Source: Escherichia coli (GTDB lineage Bacteria; Pseudomonadota; Gammaproteobacteria; Enterobacterales; Enterobacteriaceae). From it: DNA of 64,000 nt. The stretch is from assembly GCF_044647545.1 (NCBI RefSeq), contig NZ_CP172818.1; one strand, written 5' to 3'. The number at the start of each line of letters is the position of its first letter. The stretch's first letter is position 1. The translations under genes and the position numbers were made by a program. Under the pieces are notes generated by a model that saw only the letters and a list, made by a program, of their open reading frames with translations, did not search any database and was not told where the DNA came from. Positions 1 through 11,582 of the stretch are shown here, piece after piece.

Positions 1-88
1 GCGCTTCATCCTTAAACTGCAACACGTCGATGGTCGCCAGCGCTGAGCCGGAGATCATCAGCATCAGCACGCCCAATAAAAACCTCAT
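1..88 (-). CDS. ccmH: Cytochrome c maturation protein CcmH, 5' end only (start codon at 86-88, rest lies beyond window start)
   Basis: Minus-strand translation from 88 gives MRFLLGVLMLMISGSALATIDVLQFKDEA, matching the CcmH N-terminus; start overlaps ccmG stop (ATGA). Confidence 0.85.
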   Translation of the reverse strand, partial: MRFLLGVLMLMISGSALATIDVLQFKDEA

Positions 89-642
89 TGTGCGGCCTCC
101 TTACTGTATTTCTCCCACAGCGGCTTGATCTCTTCTTCCCAGACGCGAGGATTGAGATCGCCCGCATGGCGATAGCGAATGATGCCGTTGCCGTCGATGA
201 GGAACGTTTCTGGCGCGCCATAGACACCGAGATCCAGCCCTAACATGCCATCGCCATCAAACAGGCTTAGCGCGTAAGGATTGCCCAGCTCTTTCAGCCA
301 GCTGATTGCCTTCTGGCGATCGTCTTTATAGTTCATGCCGACCACGCGAATGCCCTGCGCAGAAAGCTGATTCAGATATTGATGTTCCGCACGGCAGGTC
401 GGACACCAGGTCGCCCAGACGTTAAGCAGCACAGGTTTGCCCTGAGTCAGCACATCCGCCTGATAAAACTGCCCCGGATTGTCCAGTGATTCGAGGCGAA
501 ACTTCGGCACTGGCTTGCCAATGAGCGCCGATTCCAGATTGGTCGGATCATCCCCTTCGGCATTACGCGCCAGCTGCCACAGTAGCGCCGCGGCAATCGC
601 CAGGAAGATAATCAACGGAATTAACAATACTTTGCGCTTCAT
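85..642 (-). CDS. ccmG: Thiol:disulfide interchange protein CcmG/DsbE (periplasmic thioredoxin-like, WCPTC motif)
   Basis: 185-aa ORF with CPTC active site; position in ccm operon. Confidence 0.95.
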   Translation of the reverse strand: MKRKVLLIPLIIFLAIAAALLWQLARNAEGDDPTNLESALIGKPVPKFRLESLDNPGQFYQADVLTQGKPVLLNVWATWCPTCRAEHQYLNQLSAQGIRVVGMNYKDDRQKAISWLKELGNPYALSLFDGDGMLGLDLGVYGAPETFLIDGNGIIRYRHAGDLNPRVWEEEIKPLWEKYSKEAAQ

Positions 643-2582
643 ACAGCCTCCGGCGCAGTTTTTTGCGGACTCACGCGCTTACGATAGCGAGGATCAAACA
701 GGCACAGCAGCCCGCCCAATGCCATCATCAGCCCGCCCGCCCAAATCCAGCGAACAAACGGTTTGTAGTAAAGACGCACGGCCCACGCGCCGTTTTCCAG
801 CTCTTCACCGAGCGCGGCGTACAGGTCACGCGTGATGCCGCCGTCAATCGCCGCTTCGGTCATCATCGACCCGGCAGTGTTGTAATAACGTTTTTCCGCA
901 TACAGCACCGTTTCCGGCTTGCCATCGCGCGTTACGCCGATAGTCGCCACACCGCCACGCCAGTTCGGGCCAGTCACCTCTTTGACATCACGGAAGGTGA
1001 AGCGATATTCATGAATATCGACACTATCGCCGGACTTCATGCGCACATCACGCTCAACGCTATAGTTCTGGCTAAAGGCAATACCAACAATTGTCACTGC
1101 CAGCCCCAGGTGAGCCGCCACCATTCCCCAATAACTGAAGGTGGTTTTCGTGCCGCGTGAAATACGCAGCGCAGCTTCCGCAATTGCCAGCACCGCAATC
1201 CAGCAGGCCATTGCCAGGCCGAGCACCGTCATCGCCACCACTTTGCTTTCGAACAGCCACGGCAACAGCAGCGACAGCACCAGCGTAGAGATGAAGGCGA
1301 TAATCAACAAATTGCGGATTTTACGTGGGCGATCGCGCCCCCAGCGCACCAGAGGACCGACACCAAGCAGCAGCGCAAACGGCACCATCAGCCAGGTAAA
1401 CATGGTGTTGAAGAACGGTTCGCCAATCGAAATACTGCCCAGTCCCAGTTGCTTGTGCACCAGCGGCAGCAGCGTCCCCAGCAACACCACCAGCATCGCG
1501 GCGACCAGCAAAACGTTGTTCGCTAACAACAGAGATTCCCGCGACCACAGCGCATTGTTTACGCGTGAGCGAACTTTGTGTCCACGCGCGGCAAACAGCA
1601 GCAGCGAACCACCAATCACCAGTACCATAAAGGCGAGGATAAACATACCGCGTGCCGGATCAGAGGCAAACGCGTGTACCGATACCAGCACGCCGGAACG
1701 CACCAGGAAAGTCCCCAGCAGACACAACGAGAAGGCACTGATTGCCAGCAGTAATGTCCACGCTTTGAAGCTGGCGCGTTGTTCAGTGACCGCCAGTGAG
1801 TGCATCAGCGCAGTCCCCACCAGCCACGGCATAAACGAGGCGTTTTCTACCGGATCCCAGAACCACCAGCCGCCCCAGCCGAGTTCGTAATAGGCCCATG
1901 CGGAACCGAGCACAATGCCGAGCGTCAAGAAGATCCACGCCGCCAGCGTCCACGGACGAGTAAAACGCGCATAAGTGCTGTCCAGACGCCCGCTCAACAA
2001 AGAAGCAATGGCAAAAGCAAACGCCACCGAGAAGCCGACGTACCCCATATAAAGCAGAGGCGGATGGAAGATCAGCCCCGGATCCTGTAACAGCGGGTTA
2101 AGATCGCGACCTTCAATCGGGAAGTTCGGCAACGTGCGTGAGAACGGGTTAGAGGTAAAGAGAATGAACAGCAAAAAGCCGACGCTGACCATCCCCATTA
2201 TCGCCAGTACGCGGGCCACAATATCCAGCGGAATACGCTGACTAAAAATCGCTACCGCAAAGGTCCAGCCGCTCATCAGCAGCACCCACAGCAGGAGCGA
2301 GCCTTCATGCGCGCCCCAGGTAGCCGCCACGCGATACCACACCGGAAGCTGGGTATTGGAGTTGCTGGCAACATAGGTGACGGTGAAGTCGTTGACCACG
2401 AAGGCATTGACCAGTACCAGAAATGCGCCAGCCACAGACATAAACAGCAGCCAGGCAAACAAGCGGGAAGACGCCATCATGCGCGCATCTCCGCGCGCTA
2501 CGCCCCATAGCGGATACACGGACAGCAGCAGCGCAATTCCTAGCGCCAGACACAGCAGCCCGTTACCAATTTCCGGCATCAT
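639..2582 (-). CDS. ccmF: Cytochrome c-type biogenesis heme lyase subunit CcmF
   Basis: 647-aa polytopic membrane ORF; stop/start overlaps with ccmG and ccmE. Confidence 0.95.
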
Positions 2583-3058
2583 GATGCTGGGTCCTTATAA
2601 ACACTCGCCGGGCGACGGTGATTGGCTTCCATCGCTTTCTCAACTTCTGGTGGCGTGTAGTTTTCGTCGTGTTTCGCCAGCACTTCTTTCGCGAGGATAT
2701 GATTGCCTTTTTCCAGTTCGCCCTGCACCACAACGCCCTGCCCTTCACGGAACAGATCCGGCAAAATGCCTTCGTAAGAGACATCTACTGAACCTTCAGC
2801 GTCGTAAATGGTGAAAGTTACTTTTAGCGAATTGGGATCGCGCTGCACACTACCCGGCATCACCATCCCGCCAACGCGCAGACGCTGACCGACTTCCGGC
2901 ATTTGCTGAGTTTCACGCTTGCCGTAGAGAATTTCCCCCGGCGTATAAAAGAGATCGATATTCGAGCGCAGCGCATATAGCACCAGACCGATAGTCAGCG
3001 CCAGCCCCGCCAAAACGGCACAGGCAATCCACAAGCGGTTTTTACGGCGAATATTCAT
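2579..3058 (-). CDS. ccmE: Heme chaperone CcmE
   Basis: 159-aa ORF, N-terminal membrane anchor, operon context. Confidence 0.95.
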
Positions 3059-3264
3059 GCAGCCTCCTGCTGTTGCGCAGCACGTAAACGCGCCTCACGC
3101 GCCCGCTGTTGCGCCACGCCACGCAGAATTGCGCGATGCTGCATCACCGAGTGCACGACCAAAACCACCAGAGGAATGACGGTCATCACCACCGCCAGCC
3201 AGACAAAAAAGGCGTAACCGCCCATTGCGAAAAATTCATTCCAGGAAGCAAATGCAGGGGTCAT
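3055..3264 (-). CDS. ccmD: Heme exporter small subunit CcmD
   Basis: 69-aa ORF overlapping ccmE start and ccmC stop. Confidence 0.9.
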
Positions 3265-3998
3265 TTACGGCCTCTTTTCAGTATCAGTTCACTCACCCAC
3301 GGACGGCGTTTTTCCATCAGCAAAATCAAATTACGCATCCGCATCAGCGTCAGCGTGGCAGACAGGAGCAGGAAGCCAAAAATCGACCAGCGCAGCGGCG
3401 AACGCATCGCCGGATCGATACTTTGCTGCATCCGCGTTGATCCCTGATGCAGGGTGTTCCACCACTCCACGGAGTAATGAATAATCGGCAGATTCACCAC
3501 GCCAATCAGCACCAGAATACCTGCAGCACGGCCCGCCAGACGGCGGTCGTCGAAGGCGTGCCACAGGGCAATGACACCAACATACAAAAACAGCAGCACC
3601 AGTTCAGAAGTCAGACGTGCATCCCATACCCACCAGGTGCCCCACATCGGTTTTCCCCATGCAGAGCCGGTAACCAGGGCAATAAAGGTAAACACGGCAC
3701 CAATGGGGGCCATCGCCGCCACCGCCAGGTTGGCCATTTTCATCTGCCAGACAAGGCCAATAAACGCCGCCACCGCCATTGATGCATAAATGCCCATCGA
3801 CCAGATCGCCGCAGGCACATGCAGGTAGATAATGCGGTAGCTATTTCCCTGCTGATAATCAGCCGGAGCAAAGCCGAATCCCCAGATCCAGCCGACGGTA
3901 AGCACGACCACACTGGCAATTGCCAGCCACGGTATAAACCAGCCACAGATTTGATACAGCCGTGGTGGGATCGCCAGTTGATGCAGTGTTTTCCACAT
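3261..3998 (-). CDS. ccmC: Heme exporter protein CcmC
   Basis: ORF track extends to 4022 (TTG); conserved N-terminus MWKTLHQ starts at the ATG at 3998, giving 245 aa. Confidence 0.9.
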   Translation of the reverse strand: MWKTLHQLAIPPRLYQICGWFIPWLAIASVVVLTVGWIWGFGFAPADYQQGNSYRIIYLHVPAAIWSMGIYASMAVAAFIGLVWQMKMANLAVAAMAPIGAVFTFIALVTGSAWGKPMWGTWWVWDARLTSELVLLFLYVGVIALWHAFDDRRLAGRAAGILVLIGVVNLPIIHYSVEWWNTLHQGSTRMQQSIDPAMRSPLRWSIFGFLLLSATLTLMRMRNLILLMEKRRPWVSELILKRGRK

Positions 3999-4039
3999 AG
4001 TTTCGATACCAGACTCGAACAAAAATCAGTAATCCAGCG

Positions 4040-4702
4040 TTATTGAATGCTGATTCGTAACGCTGCCGCCGTCGCAAAAGGACTTAAAGTCGCGGTGCCT
4101 GCCAGCAACGCGCCTAAAATTGCCAGATACCCATCAACGGGCAAATGCATAGAAGCCGCGTCCATCGCGGCGGTGGCAAAGATGAGTAATGGGATAGTCA
4201 GCGGTAACACCAATATGCTGAGCAGCACACCACCGCGCTTAAGTCCCACTGTCAGCGCCACGCCCGGTGCACCGAGAAAGCCAAGCGTAGGGGTTCCCAG
4301 CAGCAGCGTCAGCGCCATCACTTGCCAGCCATAAACATCCATTCCCAGTAGCATTGCTACCAGGGGCGAAAGGATGAGTAACGGCAGACCGGTTACCATC
4401 CAGTGCGCCATCACCTTCGCCAGCACAACGGCGGGCAAGGGTAACGGCAACAACATCAATTGTTCAAGACTGCCGTCCTGCAAATCGTCACGGAACAATC
4501 GTTCCAGCGCCAGCAAGGATGAAAGCAGCGCAGCAACCCAGATAATGCCCGGTGCAATACGCGCCAGCAGTTGCGGCTCCGGACCGATACTGAGCGGAAA
4601 AAGGGTAATGACAATCAGGAAGAACCACAGCGGGTTGGCGATTTCGGCGCTATGGCGAAACGCTACGCGCAGCTCAAGACGGAAAATGCGCCAGAACATC
4701 AT
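4040..4702 (-). CDS. ccmB: Heme exporter permease CcmB
   Basis: 220-aa membrane ORF; overlaps ccmA stop. Confidence 0.95.
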
Positions 4703-5322
4703 GCGGCCCCCGTTTGCGTCAGTGAAATGCGGCGAATTTTACTTTCAGCAACGTTGAGCGGCTGGTGGGTAGTCAGAATCACAGTCCCCCCCTGCTCCGT
4801 ATGCTGCGCCATACGCTTGGTCAGACGATCGACGCCGTTAACGTCAATCGCGGTAAAAGGCTCGTCGAGTATCCATAACGTGGCACGGGTCAGCCACAGA
4901 CGCGCTAAAGCGACGCGGCGTTGTTGCCCGGCAGAAAGTTGATTTACCGGAATATCTTCGAATCCGGCAAGCCCAGCCTGCGCCAGGGCTTCCAGACATT
5001 GTGCGGTATCGCCATCGCGATGATAAAAGTGCAGATTTTCTAACGCCGTCAGCCGGGTTTTGATCCCCGGCTGATGGCCTATCCATAACAGGTTTTGATG
5101 GTAGCTGTCGCGTACCTGATGCAAGGGCTGCCCTTGCCAGAGAACGTCACCCGCATCAGGGCGAGACAACCCCGTCAGCAAACGGAGAAGCGTTGTCTTC
5201 CCCGCGCCGTTGCTACCGGTGATTTGTACCCACTCTCCTGCGTTCAGCGTAAATGACAAGCCACTAAATAAGGTTCGTTCATCCCGCTCGCAAAGTAACT
5301 CTCTGGCTTCAAGCATACCCAC
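4699..5322 (-). CDS. ccmA: Heme exporter ATP-binding protein CcmA (ABC ATPase, Walker A GSNGAGKT)
   Basis: 207-aa ORF with Walker A and LSAGQ signature; apparent GTG start. Confidence 0.93.
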   Translation of the reverse strand: MGMLEARELLCERDERTLFSGLSFTLNAGEWVQITGSNGAGKTTLLRLLTGLSRPDAGDVLWQGQPLHQVRDSYHQNLLWIGHQPGIKTRLTALENLHFYHRDGDTAQCLEALAQAGLAGFEDIPVNQLSAGQQRRVALARLWLTRATLWILDEPFTAIDVNGVDRLTKRMAQHTEQGGTVILTTHQPLNVAESKIRRISLTQTGAA

Positions 5323-5334
5323 GCAATAACCCTG

Positions 5335-5937
5335 TTAAAAACCTGGCTCGACTTCGCGCATATCGGGCAGCTTGTGCGCTATCCCTTTATGGCAATCAAT
5401 ACAGGTTTGCCCATCTTTCACCGCCTGGTCATGCATCTTCGCGGCAACTGATTTCTGGGCGGTTGTATCCATATACTCGAAGTTGTGACAGTTACGGCAC
5501 TCCTGCGAGTTATTGTCCTTCATGCGCCGCCACTCATTCTGTGCCATCGTCAGGCGATGAGCTTCAAATTTCTGCGGCGTGTCAATAACGCCAAAAATTT
5601 TACCATACAGCTCTTTACTTGCTTTGAGCTTGCGTATCATCTTCGGCACAAACTCGTGCGGAACGTGACAATCCGGACAGGTCGCACGAACGCCGCTACG
5701 GTTGTTGTAGTGCACGGAATCCATGTATTCCTGATACACCGTGTTACGCATTTCGTGGCAGCTAATGCAGAACTCTTCGGTATTGGCTTTTTCCATCCCG
5801 GTGTTAAAGCCGCCCCAGAAGACGATACCGCCGACAAAACCGATCAACAGCAGCGTCCCCAGCGCCAGACGGCTGGGGGTACGCCACCATTTCCACAGGC
5901 GCTTAATCAGACCAGGCTTACGGTCAGAATTTCCCAT
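5335..5937 (-). CDS. napC: Membrane-anchored tetraheme cytochrome c NapC
   Basis: 200-aa ORF with four CxxCH motifs. Confidence 0.95.
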   Translation of the reverse strand: MGNSDRKPGLIKRLWKWWRTPSRLALGTLLLIGFVGGIVFWGGFNTGMEKANTEEFCISCHEMRNTVYQEYMDSVHYNNRSGVRATCPDCHVPHEFVPKMIRKLKASKELYGKIFGVIDTPQKFEAHRLTMAQNEWRRMKDNNSQECRNCHNFEYMDTTAQKSVAAKMHDQAVKDGQTCIDCHKGIAHKLPDMREVEPGF

Positions 5938-5946
5938 AATAACCTC

Positions 5947-6396
5947 TTATTTCCCGTAACCTTTTGATGGGGTAAAGGTATTCCCCACGATTGGCGCGGT
6001 ATCGGCCTGCGGTACGTGACATTGCAGACAGAAATAACGACGCGGAGCCACTTCCGCGCCCACTTTGCCGTCGCTGTCCATAAAGTGAGTAGGACTAATG
6101 CGCGGCGCGCCAGTGGTGCGATAGCTTTCGACACCGTGGCACTGCAAGCAGCGGTTGGTATTGGTCGTTACCTGATAACCTTCAACGCTATGCGGGATCA
6201 TTGGCGGCTGATTCACATAGTTCAGCGGCATCCGATCCTGCTCTTTTGGCATCCGAATGGCCCCTTCCTGCGTCCCGGATACTTCCGGCGACTGGCTAAA
6301 ATCGACGCCATTAGCCGCCCAAACCGCGCCGCTTACCACCAGGGCCAGCATCGCCGTCCATTGACACAGCGCTTTCTTCAGGTCATGGCTTTTCAT
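5947..6396 (-). CDS. napB: Periplasmic nitrate reductase diheme cytochrome c subunit NapB
   Basis: ORF track starts at 6417; conserved start MKSHDL at 6396 overlaps napH stop (ATGA); two CxxCH motifs. Confidence 0.92.
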   Translation of the reverse strand: MKSHDLKKALCQWTAMLALVVSGAVWAANGVDFSQSPEVSGTQEGAIRMPKEQDRMPLNYVNQPPMIPHSVEGYQVTTNTNRCLQCHGVESYRTTGAPRISPTHFMDSDGKVGAEVAPRRYFCLQCHVPQADTAPIVGNTFTPSKGYGK

Positions 6397-7256
6397 GATT
6401 TCGCTCCCGAACTCCATCGTGTAGTTATTGTAAATACATCCTCAGAACAGACATCCACGCAGCGACCGCACGTCATGCAATCGCGGCTGGTGACCTGCAC
6501 CGGGCTTTGTTCATCCAGCACCGGGGCACGTAGCACATGCGGTTCCGGGCAAACATGAAAACAATCCATACAGCGGTTACATTTCTGCCGATCGTTGGCA
6601 GCAACGGTAATCACACCTTTGCTACCCAGCACGCCATACAGCGCGCCAACCGGACAAATGTGCCCGCACCAGCCGTGTTCAACGACCAGTAGATCAAATA
6701 AAAACAGCGCGAGAATAAGCAGCGCGCCGCTGCCGAATCCCATTACCAGACTGCGCCCCATCAGGGAAACGGGGTTGATCCATTCCCAGATGAGCGTGCC
6801 GGTTAAGGCCGATCCCACCAGAATGACCACCAACAACACGTAGCGAATGTGGCGTGGGATCGTCGCAGACTGATTGAGGTCAAAGCGCCTGCGTAACCAG
6901 TTCGCTAAGTCGGTAATCGGGTTCAGCGGGCAGACCCAGCTGCAAAATAATCGCTTTCCTGCCAGGGCGTAGAGCACGGTGATAATCACCGCACCAGTCA
7001 GCGCTACCGTGGCAGGCAGATGACCGCTGGCAAGGCTTTGCAGCGTCATCAGCGGATCGGTCAGCGGAACGGTGTCGAATAACAGGCTACTGCTGTAGTT
7101 GCCGTGCAAGATCCACACACCAAACCACGGACCGCTCAAAAACATCCCCAGCACGAAGAACTGACAAAGGCGACGTAACACTAACCAACGGTGACTGCGC
7201 CACCAGCCTTTTTTCTCCAGCGCCTCGCGCCCGGCGTCACGTTTACGATTTGCCAT
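6393..7256 (-). CDS. napH: Ferredoxin-type membrane protein NapH
   Basis: 287-aa ORF with TM segments and Cys clusters. Confidence 0.95.
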
Positions 7257-7938
7257 TGTTCCCCTCCAGCCAGCCGAAGCGGTAATGGTGACCTAACTCC
7301 CCTTTCGCTAGTGACAGCGGTAACACCTTGATTGCCGGTTGTTCCAGCACGCACACTTTTTCGCACTTACCGCAACCGGTACAGGCGTCGCTGTGAACCG
7401 TCGGCAGAAAGCGGGCGTGCTTACCGGTACGCGTGTTGCGCTCCAGCTCCAGGGTGATGGCCTCATCAATTTTCGGGCATTCGCGATAACAAACATCGCA
7501 GCGCAGCCCCTGAAAGTTGAGACAGTTTTCCTGGTCCACCAGCACCGCCAGCCCCATCCGCGCGTCGTCGATCGATTCGATCTCACGATCCAGCGCACCG
7601 CTCGGGCACACTTTGGCGCACGGAATGTCCTCACACATTTCGCAAGGAATATCCCGCGCAACAAAATATGGCGTGCCCGCCGACAGGCCTGAGGCCAGCG
7701 TCGCCAGTTTTAAGGTGTCGTAAGGGCAAGCCTGAACACACTGACCGCAACGCACACAGGCACTGGCAAAGGCGTTCTCGTTTATGGCTCCGGGCGGGCG
7801 CAACCGCACGCCAGATGCGCGTGCGGTTTGCTGTTGTAACCCCAGCGCCACACCCACGGCAGCCAGCCCGCCTGCTGTGCGAACAACATCGCGCAGAAAG
7901 CGGCGGCGACCATTTTGAGGTTTCGCTGACCGGGACAT
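7243..7938 (-). CDS. napG: Ferredoxin-type protein NapG (Tat signal, 4Fe-4S clusters)
   Basis: 231-aa ORF with RRRFLR twin-arginine motif and multiple CxxCxxC motifs. Confidence 0.95.
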
Positions 7939-7944
7939 AATGGC

Positions 7945-10431
7945 TTACACCTTCTCCAGTTTGACCGCGCACTTCTTGAAGTCCGTCTCTTTCGAGAGCG
8001 GATCGGTCGCGTCCAGCGTCAGTTTGTTAACCAGCTGTGCGGCATCGAAGAACGGCATGTACACCAGGCCCTGTGGCGGACGGTTACGACCGCGCGTTTC
8101 GACAATCGAGATCACTTCGCCACGGCGAGAAACTACTTTCACTTTGTCGCCACGGCGCAGATCGCGCGCTTTCGCATCCAGCGGGTGAATAAACAGAACC
8201 GCTTCCGGGAAGGCACGGTGCAGTTCCGGCACACGGCGAGTCATACTGCCGGTGTGCCAGTGCTCCAGGACGCGTCCGGTAGAGAGCCACAGGTCGTACT
8301 CTTCATCCGGTGCTTCCGCCGCCGGTTCGAACGGCAGCGCGAAGATCACCGCTTTACCATCCGGTTTACCGTAGAACTTATAGCCTTCGCCCGCTTTCAC
8401 GTACGGGTCGTTACCTTCGCTGTAACGCCACTGCGTTTCTTTACCGTTCACCACCGGCCAGCGCAGACCGCGCGCTTTGTGGTAGTCATCGAACGGTGCC
8501 AGATCGTGACCGTGACCGCGACCAAACCATGCGTATTCTTCGAACAGCCCTTTTTGCAGATAGAAGCCCAGCTCGCGGGATTCATCGTTCAGCTGATCTT
8601 CCGCCAGTTCGGATACCGGGAATTTGCTCACTTCCGGGGTGGCATACAGAACTTCGTACAGCGTTTTGCCACGCAGTTCCGGTTTCTTCGCCAGCAGCTC
8701 TTCCGGCCATACTTCTTCAGTTTTAAAGCGGCGGGAGAACTGGACTAACTGCCAGAGATCCGATTTCGCTTCGCCCGGTGCCTGTACCTGCTGACGCCAG
8801 AACTGAGTACGGCGTTCGGCGTTACCGTAAGCGCCCTCTTTCTCTACCCACATTGCGGTCGGCAGGATCAAGTCGGCGGCCAGCGCACTGACTGTCGGAT
8901 ACGGATCGGAAACGATGATGAAGTTGCGCGGATCGCGCCAGCCCGGCATACGCTCTTCATTAATGTTCGGTCCGGCCTGCATGTTATTGGTACACATGGT
9001 CCAGTAAACATTCAGTTTGCCGTCTTTCAGCGCACGGTCTTGTGCCACCGCGTGCAGACCGATTTTCGCCGGAATGGTGCCACTCGGGATATTCCACTTC
9101 TTCTCGCAAATATCACGATGTTTCTCGTTAGTCACCACCATGTCCGCAGGCAGACGGTGAGCAAAGGTGCCCACTTCACGCGCAGTACCACACGCGGAAG
9201 GCTGCCCGGTCAGGGAGAACGGACCGCAACCCGGCTGGGAAATTTTGCCGGTCAGCAGGTGCAGGTTGTAGACCAGGTTGTTGGCCCACACGCCACGAGT
9301 ATGCTGGTTGAAGCCCATCGTCCAGTAGGAGATGACTTTCTTGTTCGGATCGGCATACAGCTGCGCCAGTTGTTCTAACTGGTCTTTCGGCACGCCGGTC
9401 ATTTCGGCAGTTTTTTCCAGCGTATACTCAGCAACGAAGGCTTTGTAATCTTCAAAGCTCATCGGTTCGGAGGCGTCAGAACCTGGATTCTTCGCTGCTT
9501 TTTCCAGTGGATGGGTCGGACGTAAACCGTAGCCGATGTCCGTCGCCCCTTTGCGCAGGTTAACGTGTTTGCTAAAGAAGTCCTGATTTATCGCATTGTT
9601 TTGAATGATATAGTTGGCGATGTAGTTCAGAATCACCAGGTCTGATTGCGGCGTAAAGATGATGCCGTTATCCGCCAGCTCGAAGCTACGATGCTGGTAG
9701 GTAGAAAGCACCGCCACGGTAACGTTCTGGTTAGAGAGACGACGGTTAGTGATGCGCGACCAGAGGATCGGGTGCATCTCCGCCATGTTTGCGCCCCACA
9801 GCACAAACGCGTCAGCCTGCTCGATGTCGTCATAGCAGCCCATCGGCTCATCCATACCAAAGGTACGCATAAAGCCAACTACTGCCGACGCCATACAGTG
9901 ACGCGCGTTCGGGTCGATGTTGTTCGAACGGAAGCCCGCTTTAAACAGCTTGGACGCGGCATAACCTTCCCAGATAGTCCACTGACCAGAACCGAACATA
10001 CCGATCGATTCCGGCCCTTTTTCTTTCAGGGCGGTTTTGAATTTCTCTTCCATCACATCGAAGGCTTGATCCCAGGTGATTGGGGTAAATTCGCCTTCTT
10101 TGTCATATTTACCGTTTTTCATACGCAGCAGCGGCTGCGTCAAACGGTCTTTACCGTACATGATTTTGGGCAGGAAATAGCCCTTAATGCAGTTCAGGCC
10201 ACGGTTAACCGGTGCATCCGGGTCGCCCTGACAGGCCACCACACGCCCCTGCTGCGTTCCGACCAGAACGCCGCAACCAGTACCGCAGAAACGGCACGGC
10301 GCTTTATCCCATTTAATGGCTTCCTGCTGACCAACAACGGCGCGGGCAACGCCCGGCACGCTGAGACCGGCAGCCGCCGCAGCGGCCGCAACGGCGTTAG
10401 CTTTCATAAAGCTACGACGACTGAGTTTCAT
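7945..10431 (-). CDS. napA: Periplasmic nitrate reductase catalytic subunit NapA (molybdopterin)
   Basis: 828-aa ORF with Tat signal (SRRSFMK) and N-terminal Cys cluster. Confidence 0.97.
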   Translation of the reverse strand: MKLSRRSFMKANAVAAAAAAAGLSVPGVARAVVGQQEAIKWDKAPCRFCGTGCGVLVGTQQGRVVACQGDPDAPVNRGLNCIKGYFLPKIMYGKDRLTQPLLRMKNGKYDKEGEFTPITWDQAFDVMEEKFKTALKEKGPESIGMFGSGQWTIWEGYAASKLFKAGFRSNNIDPNARHCMASAVVGFMRTFGMDEPMGCYDDIEQADAFVLWGANMAEMHPILWSRITNRRLSNQNVTVAVLSTYQHRSFELADNGIIFTPQSDLVILNYIANYIIQNNAINQDFFSKHVNLRKGATDIGYGLRPTHPLEKAAKNPGSDASEPMSFEDYKAFVAEYTLEKTAEMTGVPKDQLEQLAQLYADPNKKVISYWTMGFNQHTRGVWANNLVYNLHLLTGKISQPGCGPFSLTGQPSACGTAREVGTFAHRLPADMVVTNEKHRDICEKKWNIPSGTIPAKIGLHAVAQDRALKDGKLNVYWTMCTNNMQAGPNINEERMPGWRDPRNFIIVSDPYPTVSALAADLILPTAMWVEKEGAYGNAERRTQFWRQQVQAPGEAKSDLWQLVQFSRRFKTEEVWPEELLAKKPELRGKTLYEVLYATPEVSKFPVSELAEDQLNDESRELGFYLQKGLFEEYAWFGRGHGHDLAPFDDYHKARGLRWPVVNGKETQWRYSEGNDPYVKAGEGYKFYGKPDGKAVIFALPFEPAAEAPDEEYDLWLSTGRVLEHWHTGSMTRRVPELHRAFPEAVLFIHPLDAKARDLRRGDKVKVVSRRGEVISIVETRGRNRPPQGLVYMPFFDAAQLVNKLTLDATDPLSKETDFKKCAVKLEKV

Positions 10432-10691
10432 GGTGTTTCCTCACCTTGCTCTTCCTGCTGGTGATAAACCAGCGACACCGCCAGCACGCCCTCTACGTTG
10501 CGTACTGACTCAATGGTTTGAATCAGCGTTTCGCTGTCTTCTGCTTCCACCACCACAATCAACTGACCGCTCGGCGCGTCGCTGACAGCAACTTCACAGC
10601 CGGGAAAGGCGTTCAGTTGGGTGCTGATGTCTGAAATTCGTTCGCTTTTGGCCTGCACGACCAGACTGCAAACTTGCCAGTTAGTGTGCAT
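10428..10691 (-). CDS. napD: NapA chaperone NapD
   Basis: 87-aa ORF overlapping napA start and napF stop. Confidence 0.93.
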   Translation of the reverse strand: MHTNWQVCSLVVQAKSERISDISTQLNAFPGCEVAVSDAPSGQLIVVVEAEDSETLIQTIESVRNVEGVLAVSLVYHQQEEQGEETP

Positions 10692-11175
10692 GGAGATACT
10701 CCGCAGTTATGGCTGATACCGGACAGCTGGCTGCACATGCTCCACATCCGTTGCAAAGTTGGCTATTAAGTTGCGGCTGGTAGATCCCGGAGAGCGTCGG
10801 GCGAAAGATAATTGCCATTGGCTCACAGCTATCCTGACAGCGGCGGCATTCAACTGACTGATACGCCAGGCACGCGTCCCCAATGGTGAACTGCAAATCC
10901 CAGGCCCTGGTGTGGCGCGGAGAAAATAGCGATTCGGGGCAAGCCTGCGCGCAGGCGTAACAGAAGCTGCACTCGTTATTTTTGAAATTAACGCTCGGAT
11001 AGCCACCCGCGCCGCGTTGCAGAATGTTGTTTTCACAAGCATTAATACAGGCGTCGCAGCGGGTGCAATGGGTCAGAAAATGAGATTCATCACCGGACCA
11101 GGGCGGACGGATACCGTTACTGGCTTTGCGCCAGCGACCAGTGAGTATGCCCCGACGGGATGCATCAATCTTCAC
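10681..11175 (-). CDS. napF: Ferredoxin-type protein NapF
   Basis: 164-aa ORF with several 4Fe-4S Cys motifs; GTG start. Confidence 0.93.
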   Translation of the reverse strand: MKIDASRRGILTGRWRKASNGIRPPWSGDESHFLTHCTRCDACINACENNILQRGAGGYPSVNFKNNECSFCYACAQACPESLFSPRHTRAWDLQFTIGDACLAYQSVECRRCQDSCEPMAIIFRPTLSGIYQPQLNSQLCNGCGACAASCPVSAITAEYLHAH

Positions 11176-11288
11176 ATTGACCTTCCATCATTAACGCGCT
11201 CTGAAAATTGAGAGCGACCAAATAAACCGCATAATTAATAAGCCATTTTTATAGCCGCTAAGATATTAAAGGATGTGTCAAAGATGCA

Positions 11289-11304
11289 TACCCCGATCGG
11301 GGTA
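11289..11304 (-). promoter_or_regulatory. NarP/NarL 7-2-7 heptamer pair in the napF promoter (TACCCCGATCGGGGTA)
   Basis: Perfect 16-bp palindrome about 115 bp upstream of the napF start; matches the known nap promoter NarP site. Confidence 0.75.
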
Positions 11305-11582
11305 AAACCTGTAGCAGGATCAAAAGAGTGGCGGGAAGCGTGGCAAAAACGGGCTTTTGCTCACATTTCAAATGGTTATAAACATATTTATATAGCGATT
11401 AATTCGCCAGAGATATTTCTGCTGGTTTGTTTTCTCATCAGAATTTAACACTAAAAGAGCAGGTAAAATTATCTGAATGTTCTTTAAGTTATTCATAAAG
11501 CAAATTAATAAATCTGATGAATATGTTAACCTTCAGCGACATCATCGGTGAAAACCTATAAATGAAGAAGGAAAGCAAAAAA

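Noticed and set aside
12-227. 71-aa minus-strand ORF overlapping the ccmG 3' end and ccmH 5' end
   Set aside because: Out-of-frame overlap with two well-supported genes; Arg/Ser-rich product typical of an alternative-frame artefact.
3999-4022. N-terminal extensions in the ORF track for ccmC and likewise for napB, eco, rcsB, atoS, ubiG, nrdB, glpQ, glpB, glpC, yfaT and yfaA
   Set aside because: The extensions start at weak or alternative codons or run into the upstream gene or REP elements; the conserved N-termini begin at internal ATGs that give the expected protein lengths.
11305-11330. FNR site in the napF promoter
   Set aside because: Only a half-site (TTGAT) is clear near 11316 on the minus strand; the second half is degenerate in my reading, so it is mentioned in a finding but not listed as a feature.
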